Below, in pieces: positions 36,901 through 47,850 of a stretch of DNA of 64,000 bases (position 1 is the stretch's first letter; the number at the start of each line of letters is the position of its first letter). The stretch lies in the NCBI GenBank assembly GCA_964016885.1, contig OZ024742.1, positions 184,884,001-184,948,000 on the forward strand. The letters run 5' to 3'. The notes beneath the pieces are model-generated. The model searched no databases and was not told where the DNA came from. It saw only the letters and a list, made by a program, of their open reading frames with translations. Position numbers and translations under genes: made by a program. Source of the DNA: Eledone cirrhosa (lineage: Eukaryota).

Positions 36901-39049
36901 TAAGTTGGGGTTGAGTTAATTTGGGGTTAAGTTAAGTTGGGGTTAACTTAAGTTGGGGTTCAGTTAAGTTGGCGTTCAGTTAAGTTGCGGTGAAGTTAAG
37001 TTGGGGTTAACTTAAGTCGGGGTTAAGTTAAGTTGGGGTTAAGTTAAGTTGGGGTCAAGTTAAGTTGGGGTTAAGTTAAGTTGGGGTTATGTTAAGTTGG
37101 GGTTAAGTTAAGTTGGGGTTAAGTTAAGTCGGGTTTAAGTTAAGTTGGGGTTAAGTTAAGTTGGGGTTAAGTTAAGTTGGGGTCAAGTTAAGTTGGGGTT
37201 AAGTTAAGTTGGGGTTAAGTTAAGTCGCGGTTAAGTTAAGTTGGGGTTAAGTTAAGATGGGGTTAAGTTAAGTTGGGGTTAAGTTAAGTTGGGGTTAAGA
37301 TAAGTTGGGGTTAAGTTAAGTTGGGGTTGAATTAAGTTGGGGTTGAGTTAATTGGGGTTAAGTTAAGTTGGGGTTAACTTAAGTTGGGTTTAAGTTAAGT
37401 TGGGGTTAAGTTAAGTTGGGGTTAAATTAAGTTGGGGTTAAGATAAGTTGGGGTTAAGTTAAGTCGGGGTTAAGTTAAGTCGGGGTTAAGTTAAGTTGGG
37501 GTTAAGTTAACTTGGTGTTAAGTTAAGTTGGGGCTCAGTTAAGTTGGGGTTGAGTTAAGTTGGGGTCAAGTTAAGTTGGGACTAAGCTAAGTTGGGGTTA
37601 AGTTAAGTTGGGGTTAAGTTAAGTTGGCGCTAAGTTAAGTGAAGGTTAAGTTAAGTTGGGGTTGAGTTAAGTTGGGGTTAATTTAAGTTGGGGTTGAGTT
37701 AAGTTGGGGTTGAGTTAAGTTGGGGTTGAGTTAAGTTGGGGTTACGTTAAGTTGGGGTTAAGTTAAGTTGGGGTTAAGTTAAGTTTAGGTTAACTTAAGT
37801 TGGGGTTAAGTTAAGTTGGGGTTAAGTTAAGTTGGGGCTAAGTTAAGTTGGGGCTAAGTTAAGTTGGGGCTAAGTTAAGTTGGGGTTAAGTTAAGGTGGG
37901 GTTTAGTTAAGTTGGGGTTGAGTTAAGTTGGGGTTGAGTTAAGTTGGGGTTAAGTTAAGTTGGGGTTAAGTTAAGTTAGGGTTAACTTAAGTTGGGGTTA
38001 AGTTAAGTTGGGGTTGAGTTAAGTTGGGGTTTAATTAAGTTGGGGTTGAGTTAAGTTGGGGTTGAGTTAAGTTGGGCTTGAGTTAAGTTGGGGTTGAGTT
38101 AAGTTGGGCTTATCTTAAGTTGGGGTTAATTTAAGATGGGGTTAAGTTAAGTTGGGGTTAAGTTAATTTGGGGTTAAGTTAAGTTGGGGTTAAGTTAAGT
38201 TGGGGTTATGTTAAGTTGGGGTTAAATTAAGTTGAGGTTAACTTAAGTTGGGGTTAAGTTAAGTTGGGGTTAAGTTAAGTTGGGGCTAAGTTAAGTTGGG
38301 GCTAAGTTAAGTTGGGGTTAAGTTAAGTTGGGGTTAAGTTAAGTTGGGGTCAACGTAAGTTGGGGTTAAGTTAAGTTGGGGTTAAGTTAATTTGGGGGTA
38401 AGTTAAGTTGGGGTTAATTTAAGTTGGGGTTAAGTTAAGTTGGGGTTAAGTTAAGTTGGGGCTGAGTTAAGTTGGGGCTGTGTTAAGTTGGGGTTAAGTT
38501 AAGTTGAGGTTAAGTTGGGGTTAAATTAAGTTGGGGTTAATTTAAGTTGGGGTTAAGTTAAGTTGGGTTTAGGTTAAGTTGGGGTTGAGTTAAGTTGGGG
38601 TTAAGTTAAGTTGGGGTTAATTTAAGTTGGGGTTAAGTTAAGTTGGGGCTGAGTTAAGTTGGGGTTAAGTTAAGTTGGGGTTGAGTTAAGTTGGGGTTAA
38701 GTTAAGTTGGGGTTAAGTTAAGTCGGGGTTAAGTTAAGTTGGGGTTAAGTTAAGTTGGGGTTGAGTTAAGTTGGGGTTGAGTTAATTTGGGGTTAAGTTA
38801 AGTTGGGGTTAACTTAAGTTGGGGTTCAGTTAAGTTGGCGTTCAGTTAAGTTGCGGTGAAGTTAAGTTGGGGTTAACTTAAGTCGGGGTTAAGTTAAGTT
38901 GGGGTCAAGTTAAGTTGGGGTTAAGTTAAGTTGGGGTTATGTTAAGTTGGGGTTAAGTTAAGTTGGGGTTAAGTTAAGTCGGGGTTAAGTTAAGTTGGGG
39001 TTAAGTTAATTGGGGTTAAGTTAAGTTGGGGTCAAGTTAAGTTGGGGTT

Positions 39050-42000
39050 AAGTTAAGTTAGGGTTAAGTTAAGCTTGGGTTAAATTAAGTTGGGGTTGAG
39101 TTAATTTGGGGTTGAGTTAAGTTGGGGTTGAGTTAAGTTGGGGTTAAGTTAAGTTGGGGTTAACTTAAGTTGGGGTTAAGTTAAGTTGGGGTCAATTTAA
39201 GTTGAGGTTAAGTTAACTTGGGATTAAGTTAAGTTGGGGTTAACTTAAATTGAGGTTAAGTTAAGTTGGGGTTAAGTTAAGTTGGGGGTAAGTTAAGTTG
39301 GGGGTAAGTTAAGTTTGGGTTAAGTTGGGGTTAAGTTAAGTTAGGGTTAAGTTACGTTGGGGTTGAGTTAAGTTGGGGTTAATTTAAATTGGGGTTAAGT
39401 TAACTTTGTGGTTAAGTTAAGTTGGGGTTAAGTTAAGTTGAGGTTAAGTTAATTTGAGGTTAAGTTAAGTTGGGGTTAAGTTAAGTTGGGGTTAAATTAA
39501 GCTGGGTTGAAGTTAAGTTGGGGTTAAGTTAAGTTGGGGTTAAGTTAAGTTGGGGTTGAGTTAAGTTGGGGTTAAGTTAAGTTGGGTTTAAGTTAAGTTG
39601 GGGTTAAGTTAAGTTGGGGTTAAGTTAAGGTGGGGTTAAGTTAAGTTGGGGTTAAGTTAAGTCGGGGTTAAGTTAAGTTGGGGTTAAGTTAAGTTGGGGT
39701 TAAATTAAGTTGGGGTTAAGTTAAGTTGGGGTTAAGATAAGTTGGGGTTAAGTTAAGTTGGGGTTGAGTTAAGTTGGGGTTGAGTTAATTTGGGGTTAAG
39801 TTAAGTTGGGGTTGACTTAAGTTGGGGTTAAGTTAAGTTGGCGTTCAGTTAAGTTGCGGTTAAGTTAAGTTGGGGTTAACTTAAGTCGGGGTTAAGTTAA
39901 GTTGGGGTTAAGTTAAGTTGGGGTCAAGTTAAGTTGGGGTTAAGTTAAGTTGGGGTTAAGTTAAGTTGGGGTTAAGTTAAGTCGGGGTTAAGTTAAGTTG
40001 GGGTTAAGTTAAGTTGGGGTTAAGTTAAGTTGGGGTCAAGTTAAGTTGGGGTTAAGTTAAGTTGGGGTTAAGTTAAGTTGGGGTTAAGTTAAGTCGCGGT
40101 TAGTTAAGTTGGGGTTAAGTTAAGATGGGGTTAAGTTAAGTTGTGGTTAAGTTAAGTTGGGGTTAAGATAAGTTGGGGTTAAGTTAAGTTGCGGTTGAGT
40201 TAAGTTAGGGTTGAGTTAATTGGGGTTAAGTTAAGTTGGGGCTAAGTTAAGTTGGGGCTAAGTTAAGTTGGGGCTAAGTTAAGTTGGGGTTAAGTTAAGG
40301 TGGGGTTTAGTTAAGTTGGGGTTGAGTTAAGTTGGGGTTGAGTTAAGTTGGGGTTAAGTTAAGTTGGGGTTAAGTTAAGTTAGGGTTAACTTAATTGGGG
40401 TTAAGTTAAGTTTAGGTTAACTTAAGTTGGGGTTAAGTTAAGTTGGGGTTAAGTTAAGTTGGGGCTAAGTTAAGTTGGGGCTAAGTTAAGTTGGGGCTAA
40501 GTTAAGTTGGGGTTAAGTTAAGGTGGGGTTTAGTTAAGTTGGGGTTGAGTTAAGTTGGGGTTGAGTTAAGTTAGGGTTAAGTTAAGTTGGGGTTAAGTTA
40601 AGTTAGGGTTAACTTAAGTTGGGGTTAAGTTAAGTTGGGGTTGAGTTAAGTTGGGGTTTAATTAAGTTGGGGTTGAGTTAAGTTGGGGTTGAGTTAAGTT
40701 GGGCTTGAGTTAAGTTGGGGTTGAGTTAAGTTGGGCTTATCTTAAGTTGGGGTTAATTTAAGATGGGGTTAAGTTAAGTTGGGGTTAAGTTAATTTGGGG
40801 TTAAGTTAAGTTGGGGTTAAGTTAAGTTGGGGTTATGTTAAGTTGGGGTTAAGTTAAGTTGAGGTTAACTTAAGTTGGGGTTAAGTTAAGTTGGGGTTAA
40901 GTTAAGTTGGGGCTAAGTTAAGTTGGGGCTAAGTTAAGTTGGGGTTAAGTTAAGTTGGGGTTAAGTTAAGTTGGGGTCAACTTAAGTTGGGGCTAAGTTA
41001 AGTTGGGGTTAAGTTAAGTTGGGGCTAAGTTAAGTTGGAGTTAAGTTAAGTTGGGGTTAAATTAAGTTGGGGTCAACGTAAGTTGGGGTTAAGTTAAGTT
41101 GGGGTTAAGTTAATTTGGGGGTAAGTTAAGTTGGGGTTAAGTTAAGTTGGGGTTAAGTTAAGTTGGGGTTAAGTTAAGTTGGGGCTGAGTTAAATTGGGG
41201 CTGTGTTAAGTTGGGGTTAAGTTAAGTTGGGGTTAAGTTAAGTTGGGGTTAAGTTAAGTTGGGGTTAAGTTGGGGTTAAATTAAGTTGGGGTTAATTTAA
41301 GTTGGGGTTAAGTTAAGTTGGGTTTAGGTTAAGTTGGGGTTGAGTTAAGTTGGGGTTAAGTTAAGTTGGGGTTAATTTAAGTTGGGGTTAAGTTAAGTTG
41401 GGGCTGAGTTAAGTTGGGGTTAAGTTAAGTTGGGGTTAAGTTAAGTTGGGGTTAAGTTAAGTTGGGGTCAAGTTAAGTTGGGGTTAAGTTAAGTTGGGGT
41501 TAAGATAAGTTGGGGTTAAGTTAAGTTGGGGTTGAGTTAAGTTGGGGTTGAGTTAATTTGGGGTTAAGTTAAGTTGGGGTTAACTTAAGTTGGGGTTCAG
41601 TTAAGTTGGCGTTCAGTTAAGTTGCGGTGAAGTTAAGTTGGGGTTAACTTAAGTCGGGGTTAAGTTAAGTTGGGGTTAAGTTAAGTTGGGGTGAAGTTAA
41701 GTTGGGGTTAAGTTAAGTTGGGGTTATGTTAAGTTGGCGTTCAGTTAAGTTGCGGTGAAGTTAAGTTGGGGTTAACTTAAGTCGGGGTTAAGTTAAGTTG
41801 GGGTTAAGTTAAGTTGGGGTCAAGTTAAGTTGGGGTTAAGTTAAGTTGGGGTTATGTTAAGTTGGGGTTAAGTTAAGTTGGGGTTAAGTTAAGTCGGGGT
41901 TAAGTTAAGTTGGGGTTAAGTTAATTGGGGGTAAGTTAAGTTTGGGTTAAGTTGGGGTTAAGTTAAGTTAGGGTTAAGTTACGTTGGGGTTGAGTTAAGT

Positions 42001-45000
42001 TGGGCTTAATTTAAATTGGGGTTAAGTTAACTTTGTGGTTAAGTTAAGTTGGGGTTAAGTTAAGTTGAGGTTAAGTTAATTTGAGGTTAAGTTAAGTTGG
42101 GGTTAAGTTAAGTTGGGGTTAAATTAAGCTGGGTTGAAGTTAAGTTGGGGTTAAGTTAAGTTGGGGTTAAGTTAAGTTGGGGTCAAGTTAAGTTGGGGTT
42201 AAGTTAAGTTAGGGTTAAGTTAAGCTTGGGTTAAATTAAGTTGGGGTTGAGTTAATTTGGGGTTGAGTTAAGTTGGGGTTAATTTAAATTGGGGTTAAGT
42301 TAACTTTGTGGTTAAGTTAAGTTGGGGTTAAGTTAAGTTGAGGTTGAGTTAATTTGAGGTTAAGTTAAGTTGGGGTTAAGTTAAGTTGGGGTTAAATTAA
42401 GCTGGGTTGAAGTTAAGTTGGGGTTAATTTAAGTTGGGGTTAAGTTAAGTTGGGGTTGAGTTAAGTTGGGGTTAAGTTAAGTTGGGTTTAAGTTAAGTTG
42501 GGGTTAAGTTAAGTTGGGGTTAAGTTAAGGTGGGGTTAAGTTAAGTTGGGGTTAAGTTAAGTCGGGGTTAAGTTAAGTTGGGGTTAAGTTAAGTTGGGGT
42601 TAAATTAAGTTGGGGTTAAGTTAAGTTGGGGTTAAGATAAGTTGGGGTTAAGTTAAGTTGGGGTTGAGTTAAGTTGGGGTTGAGTTAATTTGGGGTTAAG
42701 TTAAGTTGGGGTTAACTTAAGTTGGGGTTAAGTTAAGTTGGCGTTCTGTTAAGTTGCGGTTAAGTTAAGTTGGGGTTAACTTAAGTCGGGGTTAAGTTAA
42801 GTTGGGGTTAAGTTAAGTTGGGGTCAGGTTAAGTTGGGGTTAAGTTAAGTTGGGGTTAAGTTAAGTTGGGGTTAAGTTAAGTCGGGGTTAAGTTAAGTTG
42901 GGGTTAAGTTAAGTTGGGGTTAAGTTAAGTTGGGGTCAAGTTAAGTTGGGGTTAAGTTAAGTTGGGGTTAAGTTAAGTTGGGGTTAAGTTAAGTCGCGGT
43001 TAGTTAAGTTGGGGTTAAGTTAAGATGGGGTTAAGTTAAGTTGTGGTTAAGTTAAGTTGGGGTTAAGATAAGTTGGGGTTAACTTAAGTTGCGGTTGAGT
43101 TAAGTTGGCGCTAAGTTAAGTGAAGGTTAAGTTAAGTTGGGGTTGAGTTAAGTTGGGGTTAATTTAAGTTGGGGTTGAGTTAAGTTGGGGTTGAGTTAAG
43201 TTGGGGTTGAGTTAAGTTGGGGTTACGTTAAGTTGGGGTTAAGTTAAGTTGGGGTTAAGTTAAGTTTAGGTTAACTTAAGTTGGGGTTAAGTTAAGTTGG
43301 GGTTAAGTTAAGTTGGGGCTAAGTTAAGTTGGGGCTAAGTTAAGTTGGGGCTAAGTTAAGTTGGGGTTAAGTTAAGGTGGGGTTTAGTTAAGTTGGGGTT
43401 GAGTTAAGTTGGGGTTGAGTTAAGTTGGGGTTAAGTTAAGTTGGGGTTAAGTTAAGTTAGGGTTAACTTAAGTTGGGGTTAAGTTAAGTTGGGGTTAAGT
43501 TAAGTTAGGGTTAAGTTAAGCTTGGGTTAAATTAAGTTGGGGTTGAGTTAATTTGGGGTTGAGTTAAGTTGGGGTTGAGTTAAGTTGGGGTTAAGTTAAG
43601 TTGGGGTTAACTTAAGTTGGGGTTAAGTTAAGTTGGGGTCAATTTAAGTTGAGGTTAAGTTAACTTGGGATTAAGTTAAGTTGGGGTTAACTTAAATTGA
43701 GGTTAAGTTAAGTTGGGGTTAAGTTAAGTTGGGGGTAAGTTAAGTTGGGGGTAAGTTAAGTTTGGGTTAAGTTGGGGTTAAGTTAAGTTAGGGTTAAGTT
43801 ACGTTGGGGTTGAGTTAAGTTGGGGTTAATTTAAATTGGGGTTAAGTTAACTTTGTGGTTAAGTTAAGTTGGGGTTAAGTTAAGTTGAGGTTAAGTTAAT
43901 TTGAGGTTAAGTTAAGTTGGGGTTAAGTTAAGTTGGGGTTAAATTAAGCTGGGTTGAAGTTAAGTTGGGGTTAAGTTAAGTTGGGGTTAAGTTAAGTTGG
44001 GGTTGAGTTAAGTTGGGGTTAAGTTAAGTTGGGTTTAAGTTAAGTTGGGGTTAAGTTAAGTTGGGGTTAAGTTAAGGTGGGGTTAAGTTAAGTTGGGGTT
44101 AAGTTAAGTCGGGGTTAAGTTAAGTTGGGGTTAAGTTAAGTTGGGGTTAAATTAAGTTGGGGTTAAGTTAAGTTGGGGTTAAGATAAGTTGGGGTTAAGT
44201 TAAGTTGGGGTTGAGTTAAGTTGGGGTTGAGTTAATTTGGGGTTAAGTTAAGTTGGGGTTAACTTAAGTTGGGGTTAAGTTAAGTTGGCGTTCAGTTAAG
44301 TTGCGGTTAAGTTAAGTTGGGGTTAACTTAAGTCGGGGTTAAGTTAAGTTGGGGTTAAGTTAAGTTGGGGTCAAGTTAAGTTGGGGTTAAGTTAAGTTGG
44401 GGTTAAGTTAAGTTGGGGTTAAGTTAAGTCGGGGTTAAGTTAAGTTGGGGTTAAGTTAAGTTGGGGTTAAGTTAAGTTGGGGTCAAGTTAAGTTGGGGTT
44501 AAGTTAAGTTGGGGTTAAGTTAAGTTGGGGTTAAGTTAAGTCGCGGTTAGTTAAGTTGGGGTTAAGTTAAGATGGGGTTAAGTTAAGTTGTGGTTAAGTT
44601 AAGTTGGGGTTAAGATAAGTTGGGGTTAAGTTAAGTTGCGGTTGAGTTAAGTTAGGGTTGAGTTAATTGGGGTTAAGTTAAGTTGGGGCTAAGTTAAGTT
44701 GGGGCTAAGTTAAGTTGGGGCTAAGTTAAGTTGGGGTTAAGTTAAGGTGGGGTTTAGTTAAGTTGGGGTTGAGTTAAGTTGGGGTTGAGTTAAGTTGGGG
44801 TTAAGTTAAGTTGGGGTTAAGTTAAGTTAGGGTTAACTTAATTGGGGTTAAGTTAAGTTTAGGTTAACTTAAGTTGGGGTTAAGTTAAGTTGGGGTTAAG
44901 TTAAGTTGGGGCTAAGTTAAGTTGGGGCTAAGTTAAGTTGGGGCTAAGTTAAGTTGGGGTTAAGTTAAGGTGGGGTTTAGTTAAGTTGGGGTTGAGTTAA

Positions 45001-47850
45001 GTTGGGGTTGAGTTAAGTTAGGGTTAAGTTAAGTTGGGGTTAAGTTAAGTTAGGGTTAACTTAAGTTGGGGTTAAGTTAAGTTGGGGTTGAGTTAAGTTG
45101 GGGTTTAATTAAGTTGGGGTTGAGTTAAGTTGGGGTTGAGTTAAGTTGGGCTTGAGTTAAGTTGGGGTTGAGTTAAGTTGGGCTTATCTTAAGTTGGGGT
45201 TAATTTAAGATGGGGTTAAGTTAAGTTGGGGTTAAGTTAATTTGGGGTTAAGTTAAGTTGGGGTTAAGTTAAGTTGGGGTTATGTTAAGTTGGGGTTAAG
45301 TTAAGTTGAGGTTAACTTAAGTTGGGGTTAAGTTAAGTTGGGGTTAAGTTAAGTTGGGGCTAAGTTAAGTTGGGGCTAAGTTAAGTTGGGGTTAAGTTAA
45401 GTTAGGGTTAACTTAAGTTGGGGTTAAATTAAGTTGGGGTCAACGTAAGTTGGGGTTAAGTTAAGTTGGGGTTAAGTTAATTTGGGGGTAAGTTAAGTTG
45501 GGGTTAAGTTAAGTTGGGGTTAAGTTAAGTTGGGGTTAAGTTAAGTTGGGGCTGAGTTAAATTGGGGCTGTGTTAAGTTGGGGTTAAGTTAAGTTGGGGT
45601 TAAGTTAAGTTGGGGTTAAGTTAAGTTGGGGTTAAGTTGGGGTTAAATTAAGTTGGGGTTAATTTAAGTTGGGGTTAAGTTAAGTTGGGTTTAGGTTAAG
45701 TTGGGGTTGAGTTAAGTTGGGGTTAAGTTAAGTTGGGGTTAATTTAAGTTGGGGTTAAGTTAAGTTGGGGCTGAGTTAAGTTGGGGTTAAGTTAAGTTGG
45801 GGTTAAGTTAAGTTGGGGTTAAGTTAAGTTGGGGTCAAGTTAAGTTGGGGTTAAGTTAAGTTGGGGTTAAGATAAGTTGGGGTTAAGTTAAGTTGGGGTT
45901 GAGTTAAGTTGGGGTTGAGTTAATTTGGGGTTAAGTTAAGTTGGGGTTAACTTAAGTTGGGGTTCAGTTAAGTTGGCGTTCAGTTAAGTTGCGGTGAAGT
46001 TAAGTTGGGGTTAACTTAAGTCGGGGTTAAGTTAAGTTGGGGTTAAGTTAAGTTGGGGTGAAGTTAAGTTGGGGTTAAGTTAAGTTGGGGTTATGTTAAG
46101 TTGGCGTTCAGTTAAGTTGCGGTGAAGTTAAGTTGGGGTTAACTTAAGTCGGGGTTAAGTTAAGTTGGGGTTAAGTTAAGTTGGGGTCAAGTTAAGTTGG
46201 GGTTAAGTTAAGTTGGGGTTATGTTAAGTTGGGGTTAAGTTAAGTTGGGGTTAAGTTAAGTCGGGGTTAAGTTAAGTTGGGGTTAAGTTAATTGGGGGTA
46301 AGTTAAGTTTGGGTTAAGTTGGGGTTAAGTTAAGTTAGGGTTAAGTTACGTTGGGGTTGAGTTAAGTTGGGCTTAATTTAAATTGGGGTTAAGTTAACTT
46401 TGTGGTTAAGTTAAGTTGGGGTTAAGTTAAGTTGAGGTTAAGTTAATTTGAGGTTAAGTTAAGTTGGGGTTAAGTTAAGTTGGGGTTAAATTAAGCTGGG
46501 TTGAAGTTAAGTTGGGGTTAAGTTAAGTTGGGGTTAAGTTAAGTTGGGGTCAAGTTAAGTTGGGGTTAAGTTAAGTTAGGGTTAAGTTAAGCTTGGGTTA
46601 AATTAAGTTGGGGTTGAGTTAATTTGGGGTTGAGTTAAGTTGGGGTTAATTTAAATTGGGGTTAAGTTAACTTTGTGGTTAAGTTAAGTTGGGGTTAAGT
46701 TAAGTTGAGGTTGAGTTAATTTGAGGTTAAGTTAAGTTGGGGTTAAGTTAAGTTGGGGTTAAATTAAGCTGGGTTGAAGTTAAGTTGGGGTTAAGTTAAG
46801 TTGGGGTTAAGTTAAGTTGGGGTTGAGTTAAGTTGGGGTTAAGTTAAGTTGGGTTTAAGTTAAGTTGGGGTTAAGTTAAGTTGGGGTTAAGTTAAGGTGG
46901 GGTTAAGTTAAGTTGGGGTTAAGTTAAGTCGGGGTTAAGTTAAGTTGGGGTTAAGTTAAGTTGGGGTTAAATTAAGTTGGGGTTAAGTTAAGTTGGGGTT
47001 AAGATAAGTTGGGGTTAAGTTAAGTTGGGGTTGAGTTAAGTTGGGGTTGAGTTAATTTGGGGTTAAGTTAAGTTGGGGTTAACTTAAGTTGGGGTTAAGT
47101 TAAGTTGGCGTTCTGTTAAGTTGCGGTTAAGTTAAGTTGGGGTTAACTTAAGTCGGGGTTAAGTTAAGTTGGGGTTAAGTTAAGTTGGGGTCAGGTTAAG
47201 TTGGGGTTAAGTTAAGTTGGGGTTAAGTTAAGTTGGGGTTAAGTTAAGTCGGGGTTAAGTTAAGTTGGGGTTAAGTTAAGTTGGGGTTAAGTTAAGTTGG
47301 GGTCAAGTTAAGTTGGGGTTAAGTTAAGTTGGGGTTAAGTTAAGTTGGGGTTAAGTTAAGTCGCGGTTAGTTAAGTTGGGGTTAAGTTAAGATGGGGTTA
47401 AGTTAAGTTGTGGTTAAGTTAAGTTGGGGTTAAGATAAGTTGGGGTTAACTTAAGTTGCGGTTGAGTTAAGTTGGCGCTAAGTTAAGTGAAGGTTAAGTT
47501 AAGTTGGGGTTGAGTTAAGTTGGGGTTAATTTAAGTTGGGGTTGAGTTAAGTTGGGGTTGAGTTAAGTTGGGGTTGAGTTAAGTTGGGGTTACGTTAAGT
47601 TGGGGTTAAGTTAAGTTGGGGTTAAGTTAAGTTTAGGTTAACTTAAGTTGGGGTTAAGTTAAGTTGGGGTTAAGTTAAGTTGGGGCTAAGTTAAGTTGGG
47701 GCTAAGTTAAGTTGGGGCTAAGTTAAGTTGGGGTTAAGTTAAGGTGGGGTTTAGTTAAGTTGGGGTTGAGTTAAGTTGGGGTTGAGTTAAGTTGGGGTTA
47801 AGTTAAGTTGGGGTTAAGTTAAGTTAGGGTTAACTTAAGTTGGGGTTAAG
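39050..47850 (+). repeat. Tandem duplication of a ~4.4-kb block (offset 4447, then 4367 after an 80-bp deletion)
   Basis: TCGCGGTTAG at 40094/44541 (+4447). Private variants CTTAATTTAAAT at 42005/46372 and GCGTTCTGTT at 42741/47108 (+4367). The offset changes by five monomers near 45400. Confidence 0.85.

Larger units (their letters stand above)
15500..38250 (+). repeat. Multi-kb recurrences at ~8.3-8.4 kb and ~14.5 kb offsets
   Basis: GGGATAAGCT at 15771/24105 (+8334); AGAAGGGG at 17441/25823 (+8382); CTTATCT at 19415/33897 (+14482), 20961/35427 and 23643/38109 (+14466). Note 8382+6100=14482. Confidence 0.8.
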
